Shown piece by piece: positions 21,510 to 31,358 of a stretch of 64,000 nucleotides of DNA. Both the position numbers and the translations under genes were made by a program. The stretch comes from Candidatus Bathyarchaeota archaeon (GTDB lineage: Archaea; Thermoproteota; Bathyarchaeia; Bathyarchaeales; Bathyarchaeaceae): positions 128,001 to 192,000 of the forward strand of contig CAVOMX010000012.1 of the NCBI GenBank assembly GCA_963697165.1, written 5' to 3'. The notes beneath the pieces were generated by a model. It was not told the DNA's origin and did not search any database. It saw only the letters and a program-made list of their open reading frames with translations. Numbering within the stretch: position 1 is the first letter of the stretch; every line of letters starts with the position of its first letter.

Positions 21510-22229
21510 GTGGAATGGAAGATGAGTCAGCAGGCTTGGGAAGGACTTATTCAAAAATTGGCTAGAACCGGTATCCTCCAGTCGCCAAATGTCATCAGAG
21601 CATTGCGTCAAGTTTCACGGAGCCAATTTCTTCCTGAAAACGTGAAAGCTAATGCAGCCATGGACTGCCCGCTTCCGATAGGGTCAGGCCAAACAGCTTC
21701 CGCGCCTCTCAGTTTACACAGTGTGGTCAACTGGGCGAAACATGGTAGCTATAATGGATGAAGCCCTTGATTTGGAAGTGGGACACAAGGTTCTGGAGGT
21801 GGGTGCAGGTTCAGGCTGGCACGCTGCCACCATAGCTGAGATAGTGGCTCCGTCGGATGCGCCTAAGGAAGAGTGGGGACACGTCTACACGGTGGAGAGA
21901 ATACCAGAGTTAGCCGCGTTTGCCAAAGACAACATTACGAAGGCAGGGTATGGAAACCGAGTCACCGTAATCCATCAGGATGGAACATTAGGGTACATCC
22001 TGAAGAGACTCCATATGATCGTATCCTAGTTGCGGCGGCTGGTCCAGAGGTGCCCAAACCTTTGATTCAACAGTTAGGCGAGGATGGAATCCTTCTTGTT
22101 CCTGTGGGAGGCGCCCAATTCTACCAAACTTTGATTAGACTCAGAAAAGAGAACGGAAAAACAATTGAGGAAAACTTGGGAGGAGTCGCCTTCGTACCTC
22201 TAATCGGTAAATACGGCTTCGAACCGTAA
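21510..22229 (+). CDS. pcm: Protein-L-isoaspartate O-methyltransferase, interrupted by a 31-nt BHB intron (plus an indel near 21997)
   Basis: [19 protein letters not shown] after splicing; [38 protein letters not shown]. Confidence 0.92.
21709..21739 (+). other. Predicted archaeal BHB intron in pcm mRNA (31 nt)
   Basis: Helix CGCC(21703-06)/GGCG(21734-37), bulges TC^T and AA^A, intron stem CAGTT/AACTG; excision gives CCT-CAC-ATG (P-H-M) in frame. Confidence 0.85.
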
Positions 22230-22235
22230 ATGACA

Positions 22236-23270
22236 CTAGCCGAACCACGTTTCAAGAGTTGTTTTGCTTTTTGCTTCCTTTAGTCCTTCAGCCATTTTGT
22301 TGAGGGTTCTACGCACCCGATCCTCAGAAAAGTCTCTTTCGCGGCAAAGAAAGTCTACTACACCATCGACGTTGGGCGCTTTCCATTCCAGCTTATAGTT
22401 GTCCGTAACTTTTGGGTGAAGAAAGATTTCCCGTATTCTTTTAGGTTCAGCCGGAAATGTGGCATCTTCCAACTCAGGTATAGCCTCTTCGATGCTTCCA
22501 TGTTTCTTGATCAGTTTCAGAGCAGTTTTTGGTCCTATTCCCTTCACGCCATTAGGATTAAAGTCCGTTCCCACCAGAATCGCCACATCTATGAGCTGCT
22601 CACGCGTGACATCCAAATCTTTGAGAACCTGATCAAGTTTCATAATCTCCGGCACAACTTCAACATAAACATTCTTTCTTGGAACCTTTCGTCTGCCACT
22701 TATAGTCACGTTTCTCACAAGAGCAGTTGCGCCAAAGAGAAGACTATCGTAGTCTTGGCTGGCACAGTAGTCAGCATCACCCTTGATTGTTAGGTAGGCA
22801 GCTTGGGATTCACCTTCAGACGGCGCTTGAATCCATGGCACGCCCAATTCAGTGAGAAGCCGTTTCGAATCATCTGGCATGTAGTCCTTTAGCTTAGAAG
22901 TCATTTGAGCATAGCTTCTAGCCTTCTCCATTTTTCCTTCCATTATAGCTGTTTCATACCTGACAAGAGCCTCCGCCTTGACTTTGGCTCTGCGTTTAAT
23001 CTCCGCCTCTTTGAGGGCAGGCGGAGCCCCATCAAAAACATAGGCAACCTTCATGCCCATCTCAACAAGATTAGCAGTTCTGTAGAATAACCCACTAAGA
23101 TGACTGGTTATCCTGCCAGAACGATCCTTCAAAGGTGTGCCATCTGGCTGACGGATGATCGCCAAAAACTGGTAAAGGGCATTGTATGCGTCGATTGCTA
23201 CAGTCTTTCCGCTCAGGCTCTTGAAATCAACCTTTGTCTTAGGTATCAATACCCTCAAATTTACGCCCAA
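22236..23270 (-). CDS. fen: Flap endonuclease 1
   Basis: TTG start MGVNL; IDAYNALYQFL, VFDG, APSEGE, SQDYDSLLFG, GTDFN, GIGPKTA, C-terminal PIP-like KTTLETWF. Confidence 0.96.
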   Translation of the reverse strand: MGVNLRVLIPKTKVDFKSLSGKTVAIDAYNALYQFLAIIRQPDGTPLKDRSGRITSHLSGLFYRTANLVEMGMKVAYVFDGAPPALKEAEIKRRAKVKAEALVRYETAIMEGKMEKARSYAQMTSKLKDYMPDDSKRLLTELGVPWIQAPSEGESQAAYLTIKGDADYCASQDYDSLLFGATALVRNVTISGRRKVPRKNVYVEVVPEIMKLDQVLKDLDVTREQLIDVAILVGTDFNPNGVKGIGPKTALKLIKKHGSIEEAIPELEDATFPAEPKRIREIFLHPKVTDNYKLEWKAPNVDGVVDFLCRERDFSEDRVRRTLNKMAEGLKEAKSKTTLETWFG

Positions 23271-23327
23271 AGTTATCTGCCACCAGATACTGGTTAAAGG
23301 CTGAGCCACGAAGATGCTCGAGGGTGG

Positions 23328-23565
23328 CTATTTCCCCTTCTCTACTAATTCAACTCTTCTTTTTCCTTTGGTGCGATCTGAAACATATATTGTTCCTTCA
23401 ATCTCCATTCTCATCAGAGTCTTGTTCAGTTCGTTGAATCCTACACCTTCATGAGTCCCCTTTAAAGAGGTCAAACAACTCAACATCAGTCATTGGACCC
23501 TTCCGATCAAGAAGCTCCTTTATTTGTGTATACACAGGATGAGATTTCCACGTTTTCATCATCAT
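23328..23565 (-). CDS. Small winged-helix-like protein between cdc48 and fen (absent from ORF track; one indel)
   Basis: MKTWKSHPVYTQIKELLDRKGPMTDVELFD/LKGTHEGVGFNELNKTLMRMEIEGTIYV...RRVELVEKGK*. Confidence 0.65.
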
Positions 23566-23590
23566 TTTCACATTCCTGAAATATTTTATG

Positions 23591-25765
23591 CTATGCCACA
23601 GGCGTCGTGGGCTTCTTCAACTGTCGAACATGCTTCATGAAGCCCTTATACCAAGCCTCCATGTTCGGCATTATAGATGGCCCAATCTTTTCAATGGCTA
23701 TCTTGAAGTCGTTGGCATCAACTTCCTTGGCATTTATGTCCGTCCGCAGGGCATTCAGTCCAGCCTCTCTACAAAGCGCCTCGATGTCCGCCCCCGAATA
23801 CATCTTCGTTATGGTAGCCAAATTGGACAAATCCACATCTTTTGCCAGCGGCATGTCCTTAGTGTAGAGTTTGAAGATGTTTTGTCTACTCTCTTGGTCG
23901 GGTTCTGGAACGTATATCAAGCGGTCAAACCTTCCTGGTCGAAGAATCGCGGGATCCACAATGTCTGGCCTGTTTGTCGCAGCGATTATAACAACATCCT
24001 CCAAAGAGATAAGTCCATCCATCTCCGTTAGAAGTTGGCTGATAACCCGCTCTGTAACTCCACTGTCTGAGTAACCCATTCCTCGTCCGGGAACTAGAGA
24101 ATCAAATTCGTCAAAGAATATGACAGTTGGTGAAGCCATCCTTGCTTTCCGGAAAACTTCGCGGATAGCCTTCTCTGATTCACCTACCCATTTGGAGAAG
24201 ACTTCTGGACCCTTTATGGTTATGAAGTTTGCTTCACTCTCTGTGGCTACTGCCCTAGCTAGCATTGTCTTTCCACATCCAGGAGGTCCGTAGAGCATGA
24301 TTCCCTTTGGTGGTCGTATACCCATTCGAGTGAAAACGTCTGGGTTTTTGAGGGGCCACTCCACAGCCTCTATGAGGTCCTCTTTCACGTCATCTAAGCC
24401 GCCTATGTCTGTCCAACGAACCGTAGGTACTTCGATGTAGACTTCTCTCATGGCCGTCGGCGTGATTTCGCGGAAAGCGTTTAAGAAAGTCTTCCATTCG
24501 AACCTCCATTTTATCCAAAACATTAGGAGGAACACGCTCTTCCTCTAGATTTATTTCTGGTAGGTATCTGCGCAACGCTTTCATGGCTGTTTCGCGTCCC
24601 AATGCGGACAAGTCGGCTCCTGTGTAACCGTGAGACATGTTTGGAGAGCTTATCCAAATCAACATCTTCTTTTAGGGGCATGCCTCTGGTGTGAATCTGA
24701 AGTACTTCAAATCGTCCTTTTTTGTCGGGTACGCCTATTTCAATTTCTCGGTCAAAACGTCCAGGTCGTCTCAAAGCAGGGTCTAAGGCTTCAGGCCTGT
24801 TTGTGGCGCCTATTACAATGAGGTAGCCTCTTCCTGAAAGACCATCCATCAAAGCTAGAAGCTGAGCAACAACCCGTCTCTCAACTTCTCCTGTAACCTC
24901 TTCTCTTTTAGGTGCGATTGCATCCAGCTCGTCTATGAAGACGATGCTGGGAGCGTTCTTTTGAGCCTGCTGGAACATTTCGCGGAGTCTAGCCTCAGAT
25001 TCGCCGTAAAATTTGCTCATTATTTCTGGACCGTTTATTGAGTAGAAGTTAGCCTCAGACTCGTTTGCAACTGCTCGGGCTAGAAGGGTTTTTCCACATC
25101 CCGGCGGTCCATGTAACAGAACTCCTTTTGGAGGATCAATTCCAAGCCTTTGGAAAAGTTCTGGGTGCCGCAGCGGAAGTTCAACCATTTCTCGAATCCG
25201 CTGAATCTCCTCCTCGAGTCCTCCTATATCCTCGTATGTTGTGCGAGGCAAGCCTTTGGTTTCAGGAGCTGGTTCAGCCATTATCTGGAGGCTTGTGCCG
25301 TGGCTGATTCTCACGATTCCGTGAGGACGAGATTTGGTTACTCGGAAGGGTATGGCATGTCCTAGCATCATAACTAGGGTGGTGTCTCCTTCCACGAATG
25401 TTCTTTCCATAAGTCGGTTTTTCACAAAGTTTGTGAAGTCTTCATCAACATTTAGTTTCATGTCTATGGGAGCTAAAACTACGGTTGTGGCGTTGGTTAC
25501 ATTTGCAGATCGAATTACTACTAGTTCATGCATAGCAACTCCAGCATTTTTGCGTGTGAATCCGTCGATTCGGATAATGTCTCTGTTTTGGTCTTCAGAG
25601 TATGCTGGCCATGCTATGGCGGCGGTGTTTCTTTTTCCAACAATTTCTATTACGTCGCCTGCTGAGATGCCTAAGTTTTTGCATGGTTTGCTGATCGATT
25701 CGGGCGATTCCTCGATAAACGTCACGTTGTCGAGCGTCTTCTACTTTAAGTTGTACTTCGCTCAC
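23591..25765 (-). CDS. cdc48: CDC48/VCP AAA+ ATPase (three 1-nt frameshifts)
   Basis: N-domain [14 protein letters not shown]; two AAA modules ([25 protein letters not shown]). Confidence 0.96.
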
Positions 25766-25844
25766 TTGTTTTCCTTCCTTTATGTGTAATCGTGAAGCTT
25801 CACATTTTTCGAAGGAGACTATTCATATATAAACTTTGACGAAA

Positions 25845-26113
25845 CTAGAGCCTAGTCATTCCTAATGTCTGTATTTGACCGACTCTCTTCGATGTCAGTC
25901 ATTCAGTTTCTCTGTTTCGTCCAAAATTCCTTCTTTTTCCGGTAGAACCATGTTAACTTTCAGTGCACAGAGACCAAAAGCTATTGGTTCTTCAGCGAAT
26001 CGTTTAATAGCAGCAATATCTGCTAGTTTCTTCTTAATTTTTTCTTTCAACAATTCAAGGTCAACTGTTGATTCTGATGGAAAAATTTTGTAAGCAATAA
26101 CTATCTTTCCCAA
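25845..26113 (-). CDS. ef1b: Translation elongation factor 1-beta (frameshift near 25900)
   Basis: YKIFPS, EEPIAFGLCAL, typical length and end (GMTRL*). Confidence 0.9.
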
Positions 26114-26443
26114 TGTTCTTTATCTCCTAAAGTCCTGTTAAGTTTTTTGTCACATTACGAAAGTTTTACATGTATTTTTGGTAATGTGAACTAGCAAGCT
26201 AGACGATAAGCTGACCTATTAACCTTACTATGTATGTTTCTGTGACATAATCAATGGAACTTTTACCTGTTGTGTAACAAGGAACCGAATAATTGCTCTC
26301 CTTATTTTTACTACGAACACGTCGACTACAACGAGGACAAGACCAATAGTACTTTTTTCAACTCTTTTTTGGATTGTTTGGGTGTGAGAATATTTATTAA
26401 ATAACCTTTAACCTAATCGTAATCCTCTTGTGAGTGAACCGGG

Positions 26444-26626
26444 ATGCAACTCAAAGATGAAAACATGCTGGCAATAGGCATGCTGTCAATGGCTCTTGGC
26501 ATTCTTGTTGGACACTTTGTAAGCTTTGAGTATTCGGGTTTATCGGTTTCAGTTTTTGTTGAAGGAGTCCTTGTTGGGCTGTCGCTAGTGATGAATCTTA
26601 CCTACCTTATACGACGACGAAAATAA
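26444..26626 (+). CDS. Small two-TM membrane protein
   Basis: Two hydrophobic helices and basic C-terminus. Confidence 0.6.
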   Translation: MQLKDENMLAIGMLSMALGILVGHFVSFEYSGLSVSVFVEGVLVGLSLVMNLTYLIRRRK

Positions 26627-26711
26627 AAAAAGTGATGAATCAGCGCGTATATGCGTCTGAATAGCAACTCTTTAATTGTCTGCTAACCAATTGTTTCGAT
26701 AGTGATTTTGT

Positions 26712-27149
26712 ATGAAACTTCCAGAATATGTTATCTGTTCAAGAAGTGAAGACGAGTTTGTGCTGAACTCAAAATCAGAGATTGGACATTGCTGAAAAAA
26801 GCTGAAGTATTACCTAGAAGAAGCAAAAACAATATTGGCTGAACTTGAAACAGGAGAAATGAAAATCAAACTTGAAGATTTTCGTATGGGACTAGAAGTT
26901 GAACTTGAACATGGGATTCAATTCCCCGAGGCAAACGTCACCAACAACCATCCAATATTAACTGGAAAAATCGTGATTGCACACTTCAAGGAATCACTAG
27001 ATTATTACCGGCGTTTAGACGTGGCTGAAATCGAGGGCGACATACAAAAAGCTGTATTCAGCAAGAACGCAGCAAAAGTTTTGGTTCTCTATGAAAAACT
27101 TGTAAAAGCAAAATTGGAGCTAAGCCAAGCAGAATCCGAGATGCTTTGA
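26712..27149 (+). CDS. Hypothetical protein, DUF5661-like (frameshifted 5' part)
   Basis: FRMGLEVELEHG, NVTNNHPILTGKIVIAHFKESLDYY. Confidence 0.7.
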
Positions 27150-27266
27150 CCAAAAAACTGTTCTTTACAGCTTTTTGTGGACTCAAAAAACAAGCATTTG
27201 TATGTAGGGGTTAACCTTGTTTTTCGGCTGGACTGATGGGTTACACGGGGGTTGAGGGTTTTGCTA

Positions 27267-27964
27267 TTAGATTTGTGCCCGCGAGAAGAGATAGGTGCCT
27301 AGACCAACCATTAAAGCGTCGAAGCCAACCACCACTCCCAAGCTGATTAGCCACCCGAATGAACCGAGTAATGGTGATCCAGCGCCTAGGAGACACCAGC
27401 GTAGCAGTTCAACCCCATAAAACATGGGATCACATAGCATGGCAACTTGAAGAGGTAACGGTGACACGTCGATAGGAAAGAACACGCCAGATAACATGAA
27501 CATTGGCCACATCACAAAAGTTGACAGCAGCTGAAACGCGTGAAAATCGTTCAGGGTCGAACCGATTGCTACCCCAAGACCAACAAAGCCGGCAGTGATG
27601 AGAAGCATCACGCCTATAGATGCAAATGCGCCCGCAAGGAAAGTGAGGGATGGCGTAAATGCGCCCATGGCTCCAGCCACTACCAGTAATATTATGCCTT
27701 GGATTGTGGCAGTGGTTGCTCCGCCAAAAATTTTTCCAAGTATAATGCTGGTTCGGCTGACAGGTGCAACTAGCATCTCTTTCATGAAGCCGAATTGGCG
27801 GTCGAAGATTACTGAAACGCCTGAGAAGACGGAGCTAAAGAGAAGCCCCATGCCTATTACGCCTGGCGCCATGTATGAAAGGTAATTGATGTTGGCGATT
27901 CCGCCGATGAAGCCTCCTAATCCCAAACCGAAGATTGCTAGGAAGAAGAATGTTACTGCCCATA
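27267..27964 (-). CDS. ABC-2 (DrrB-like) permease; 5' end probably truncated, no partner ATPase
   Basis: YMAPGVIG, DRQFGFMKEMLVAPVSR, LSGVFFP. Confidence 0.8.
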
Positions 27965-28106
27965 GGATTTGGAAGTATGCTATCGGTTGCTTCTTTGAAA
28001 AGCCCTCGACTAGTTTTGTTAATGATTCGCTATTTTTTGTGCCTTCTAAAATGGTTGTTCAGGCAGCTACTATGTTAGATTTTAACGCATAATCCAGTAG
28101 TGGAGT

Positions 28107-28274
28107 TTAGCTTTCGATTACTTGTTTGACTAAGTCTTTGTTTTCTTTTAGCCAGTTTATGATCACGTCTTTGTTGCTTTCTAGCATGTTTTCCGCCATT
28201 CCGCCGAACATTGGAGGCAACGTTTTGCCTATTTGTTGTTTAAGTTTAGAAATCAATTCATCTTCTGCATTCAA
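28107..28274 (-). CDS. Small hypothetical protein
   Basis: MNAEDELISKLKQQIGKTLPPMFGGMAENMLESNKDVIINWLKENKDLVKQVIES*, downstream of the ATPase. Confidence 0.5.
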   Translation of the reverse strand: MNAEDELISKLKQQIGKTLPPMFGGMAENMLESNKDVIINWLKENKDLVKQVIES

Positions 28275-28336
28275 TGTCTCTCAACTCATTATGATTATTT
28301 TACTCTAGTTAAGACGTTTAAGTTGATTGATAATAA

Positions 28337-30469
28337 TTAGCGTTTTTTGGTTGAGCTTCGTTGTTGTTTGAAGTGTCCAGCTAATCTGCGTCCCGTGGCT
28401 GCGTCCATAACGATTGTGCGTTTTTTCTTGCTCTTTTTATGTCTTACTTTGAGCGTCCACACGGGAAATAGCACAATTTCAGAGTAGACTGGCACAACTC
28501 CCAAGGTCAGTCGTAAGGTTGAGTAAATTTTGTCTTGTCCAATCTTTATTTTAGGAATTCTAGGAATTTCTTTGGGAAGACGCGGAATAAACGTGATGTC
28601 AATGTCATCATCCAAGTCTTTGAATTTTTCAGCACTCTTTGTCACCAGTTTGTGAAACAGCATTGCCCCTTTCTCAAGAGAGATCATTGCACCTGTTGTT
28701 GCGCTCAAGTAGTACGTGTCCACTTCTTCTTTTCTGAAAAAGAAGAGATGTTTGGCTTTGCGGGTTGCTGAAACCTTCCAGATGGGAATGTGAGAAAATG
28801 TTACATCATAAATTTCTTCTTTTTTTGTGAATAACCCGCCTTCAAGCCATGATTTGGCTCTCTTGAATGCTTCAACCTGAATTATCCGTATGGGAACAGC
28901 CAAAACTTCTCCCAAAACATTCTTGGATGGTTCGAAACCAAACTTGGATAGCCAATACAGGTACTCTTCGTCACCTCTGGCTCGGCTTTTCTTAACATCC
29001 CTGGATTTGACAAGTGAGTTAAGCGCCTTTTCAGCATCTTTAACAATTACGTTCAGGCTCTCTGCAACATATTCTGCGGAGACGCTTTGTCTTACAGAGT
29101 TGAGTAATAGTTTTATTCGTTCTGCAAGCGATTTTTCTGGAACAGGTGACCGCGGCGCAGGCTTCACTGTTTTTTCTTTTGTTTCTTGTGTGGTTTGGAA
29201 CTTTTTGAAGAACTGTTTTGTTTCAGGCGATATTGCCTTTGGGATGTCTTGTTCATCCATTGTCATGTGGTCTGTTACCAGCCATCGAACCTGAAAATTC
29301 ATTACGTCCTCGTAGACGTCTGGGGACAGCATTAGGAATTCGCCTGTTCTGAGGCTTGGAAGCTTCTGCAGAACTGTTTCAGCGTGGGTTGGGTCTATTG
29401 ATTGGATAATCTGTTTTACCCTTGATATGTCCTGCTGGGTCATCATTCGACCTAAGCACCAAGTGTTGACTTGTGCGAGGGCTTTGTAGTCAATGTCTGT
29501 TATGTTTTGGGTGGCGGCTATGAGTCCAATTCCGTATTTTCGAGCTTGCTTGAAGAGAAAGGCGTATGCTTCTTTTGGTGGAGGATTTCGTGGATATGGC
29601 GGAATATAGGGCGCTATTTCGTCGACGTAGAATAGCAGTTGGATGTCCTCTGAGGGATTCTTTAGCATCCAACAGTAAAGCTCACGAAGAAGAGTGGCTA
29701 GGAAGAACTGTTTGTCGTTTGTGGAGCTTAGAGTGTTCATGTAGATTATGTTGAGGGGCACCTTTCCGTCGCTATTGTCCATGAACATGTCAATGTCAAT
29801 TTGGACGCCCTTCTGAAACATGAGACTGGGAGTTCCCACTGTAAGAAACCGTAGCTTACGGGCGATTTCTTGTGGCTCCCTTTTTGTAACAAAACTCTGT
29901 AGCTTTTGGACGATTTCTGAAGGAGGATTCAGCACAATCTCTGCCAGGTGTGCCATGTCTTTGATTGTTTCTCCTTTTTGCCACAGATGCTCCAGAATAG
30001 TGAATAGGTACGCTTTGGCTCCTTTTCCAGCATCTGATGCTAGGTCATATCCGAGAAAGCTTGAGAGAGAAGTAGCCGTCAAGTCAAGAGCAAGGATAGC
30101 TTCTTCGTGGGGCATGTCCTTTGACGGAAACGAGAGGGGATTGACGCTGATGGGAATGCCTTTGCTGCTGGCAGGAGTAAATATGGCGATTCGTGCCTTT
30201 TCGAAGTACTCCTCCTGCATGGTAAGGGGTATTCCGTGACTCTCCATCTCTTCAGGGTCTCCTTTCAGGGCTAAAGAGGAGATGTCGCCTTGTGGGTCAA
30301 CTATGATCACAGGGATATTATGGCGTATAGCCTCTTCCATCATACATTTGCAGAGCACAGTTTTGCCTGAGCCGCTGGCTCCAAGCGCCATCAAATGTCG
30401 GTGAAGAGCTTCCACAGGTAATTCAACTGGGATTTCGGTTCCCTGTTGTTTGCCTAAGAAAAAAGACAC
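28337..30469 (-). CDS. HerA/FtsK-superfamily (DUF87/DUF853-like) ATPase with C-terminal wHTH and basic domain
   Basis: HLMALGASGSGKT, IVDPQGD, YVDEI, KQARKYGIG, ATQN. Confidence 0.85.
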   Translation of the reverse strand: MSFFLGKQQGTEIPVELPVEALHRHLMALGASGSGKTVLCKCMMEEAIRHNIPVIIVDPQGDISSLALKGDPEEMESHGIPLTMQEEYFEKARIAIFTPASSKGIPISVNPLSFPSKDMPHEEAILALDLTATSLSSFLGYDLASDAGKGAKAYLFTILEHLWQKGETIKDMAHLAEIVLNPPSEIVQKLQSFVTKREPQEIARKLRFLTVGTPSLMFQKGVQIDIDMFMDNSDGKVPLNIIYMNTLSSTNDKQFFLATLLRELYCWMLKNPSEDIQLLFYVDEIAPYIPPYPRNPPPKEAYAFLFKQARKYGIGLIAATQNITDIDYKALAQVNTWCLGRMMTQQDISRVKQIIQSIDPTHAETVLQKLPSLRTGEFLMLSPDVYEDVMNFQVRWLVTDHMTMDEQDIPKAISPETKQFFKKFQTTQETKEKTVKPAPRSPVPEKSLAERIKLLLNSVRQSVSAEYVAESLNVIVKDAEKALNSLVKSRDVKKSRARGDEEYLYWLSKFGFEPSKNVLGEVLAVPIRIIQVEAFKRAKSWLEGGLFTKKEEIYDVTFSHIPIWKVSATRKAKHLFFFRKEEVDTYYLSATTGAMISLEKGAMLFHKLVTKSAEKFKDLDDDIDITFIPRLPKEIPRIPKIKIGQDKIYSTLRLTLGVVPVYSEIVLFPVWTLKVRHKKSKKKRTIVMDAATGRRLAGHFKQQRSSTKKR

Positions 30470-31358
30470 AATGCTTATCCTCCTTTAACGTTTACGCTTG
30501 CGGTTTTTATTTATCTATCTCTGTACGCTGACTAGGTTAACTGCTTATGTGCTTGATTTTTGAGCAAAACTTGCATAATATATTGGTTAAAACATGTAAT
30601 CCAGTATTTGATTGGTGCTTTTCTTTATATGGTATTGGCAACAGCGAATTGTCAGTAAACAATAAAATTGTCATTTCTGCGATTGTGGTTCTTGTAATTG
30701 CTTTGATTTTTGTTACATTGTTTATTGATAACACCCGCCAAGTTCGGAGAATATGGAATTGGTTAATTAAGAGAAATGGGAAAAATATACATTTCAGATA
30801 TTGAACCCCTAGAAATTGAACTGGTTTGCTCTTTTCGGAAAAATGCTGGATATGAGATCGTCTTTTCTGTTGCGGTTATCCACACTTTATTTCAAATTAT
30901 CTTAATTGGAATAAGATTTTATACGATGCCAAAATTTTTGTTATTTTTATAAAATGTAGCAAAATCAAAGTCATCATGTTTTCATAGAAAATAACTAAAA
31001 TCAATCTTCAAACTGATGAGGTGCGACTAAAGTAAGGTGCTATTGATTGAGTTGTGACCCAACATATTTTTAACCAATAGAATGTTTTCGGTTTTATTTC
31101 AAGTCAGGGTGGCTTTCCCTGGTGGTAACGTGTGAAAACTTATTTTTTTCAACATATTGTTCTGTAGGTTTCTGATTGTTTTTCATTATCTTTAAAATAA
31201 TCGTCTTTGTATTACCTATTTTTTAATATATTTTTTTAAAATTTTAATTACTTTGCCATGTTTGGATTTTTTTTTGAAAATAACACCGCTTATTTGGAAA
31301 CTTATAAATAATATCAAGGTAGTAAAGGGAAAAGAAACAATTAAATGAGAGAGATAAA

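Noticed and set aside
21990..22005. Second frame break in pcm as another intron
   Set aside because: Only a 1-2 nt discrepancy in GTLGYPEE with no BHB; likely a sequencing error
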